From Halarcobacter sp. (GTDB lineage: Bacteria; Campylobacterota; Campylobacteria; Campylobacterales; Arcobacteraceae), in assembly GCA_048571215.1 (NCBI GenBank), contig CP182352.1:128001-192000 (forward strand): a stretch of 64,000 nt of DNA, written 5' to 3'. The notes below the pieces were generated by a model. It did not search any database. It worked only from the letters and a program-made list of their open reading frames with translations, and was not told the DNA's origin. Below are positions 63,122-64,000 of this stretch, piece by piece (position 1 is the stretch's first letter; the number at the start of each line of letters is the position of its first letter). The translations under genes were made by a program, and so were the position numbers.

Positions 63122-63903
63122 TATTTAAGCCCCTTCATAATTGTTGATTCAACTTTTGCAATTGTTGGATTATATCTTTGTCCAACTTTGTCTGCATGAT
63201 CCATACCAATTTTCATATAAGCTGCAAGTGTTGCAAAACCTAAAATTAAGAAGAACCATGTTAATGCTTTTTTATAAGTTTTAAGTTTTTTTCTAGTTGC
63301 TTTAGGATCACTTCCATCAAACCATCCCCATTTAACTGCAAGTCTATATAACCCAATTGTACCATGGAACTCAACAGCTAATAGTAAAAGGATGTATAAA
63401 GGCCACATCCACTCTGACCAAACTCTATCAGAACTTGCATATGGACCAATTGCATCTGAATGTGTCATTATAATATATATATGTACTGAACCTAAGAAGA
63501 ACATTGCAAAACCAGTAAACGCTTGGATAAACCACAGTTTTGTATCCTCGTGTCCCATATTATTTGCATGTGCTTTCATAACTTGATATTGTTTAAAGTT
63601 ACTTGGTAATTTTCTCATTCCCATAGCAGCATGTACAATAAAAATTACAAAAACAACAAATGCAATTATAGATACTAATAATGGATTTCCTCCATCAAAA
63701 ATAAAACTACCTTCGAAAAATTTTGTAACAGAGTACATGAAATCCTTACTAATTAAAATTGAAGACACCATAAACATATGTCCCCACATAAAAAGAGCTA
63801 GAAATAATCCAGTCGCACTTTGAATATAGTCAAGCTTTGCTGGAACTCTACTCTTTTTTCTCTCTACAGTCTTCCCTAAATAACCTTCTATTAGGTCACT
63901 CAT
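63121..63903 (-). CDS. frdC: Fumarate reductase di-haem cytochrome b subunit
   Basis: [44 protein letters not shown] 63903 with SD AAGGA. Confidence 0.95.
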   Translation of the reverse strand: MSDLIEGYLGKTVERKKSRVPAKLDYIQSATGLFLALFMWGHMFMVSSILISKDFMYSVTKFFEGSFIFDGGNPLLVSIIAFVVFVIFIVHAAMGMRKLPSNFKQYQVMKAHANNMGHEDTKLWFIQAFTGFAMFFLGSVHIYIIMTHSDAIGPYASSDRVWSEWMWPLYILLLLAVEFHGTIGLYRLAVKWGWFDGSDPKATRKKLKTYKKALTWFFLILGFATLAAYMKIGMDHADKVGQRYNPTIAKVESTIMKGLK

Positions 63904-64000
63904 TTGACATCCTTTCCTGTGAATTTGATTTTGTGATATTAATAGCATAATAATAGCTTAATAGTGCTTAATATCCCAAGAAGTAGTTATGTATAAGTTA

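Noticed and set aside
187..63586. Numerous 60-150 aa ORFs overlapping confident genes (e.g. 35710..36021, 41088..41459, 57927..58319)
   Set aside because: Antisense or alternate-frame shadows with no recognisable motifs.

Overview
Very AT-rich chromosomal window from a Campylobacterota bacterium, most likely Arcobacteraceae. That assignment is inferred from AHQWRQPLS-type histidine kinases, frdCAB next to a dynamin-like pair, and TGnTAAAAT promoters. I could not see tRNA, rRNA, CRISPR or IS elements. Contents: (i) transport and regulatory genes; (ii) a ~1200-codon lipoprotein gene behind a Fur-like box, fusing Ig-like, RCC1-propeller and di-haem oxidoreductase (DHOR) domains and broken by one in-frame TAA; (iii) recQ; (iv) a complete quinohemoprotein amine dehydrogenase cluster (qhpADCBFEG) with a divergent porin and AraC gene; (v) a polar amino-acid ABC transporter, tex and sucCD; (vi) a TRAP/gabT/ADH/USP/GNAT/ALDH omega-amino-acid catabolic cluster; (vii) several kinases; (viii) a ThDP enzyme-ALDH pair; (ix) a dynamin-like pair and frdCAB. 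Two near-perfect gene-sized direct repeats stand out: dctP twice around gabT, and the ALDH gene twice, 13.9 kb apart. The same ALDH sits in the GABA-transaminase cluster and behind an 'acetolactate synthase-like' enzyme. This suggests it is a succinic-semialdehyde dehydrogenase and that the ThDP enzyme is a cyanobacterial-type 2-oxoglutarate decarboxylase, i.e. a candidate unrecognised TCA bypass. All product calls come from motif recognition, not database searches.
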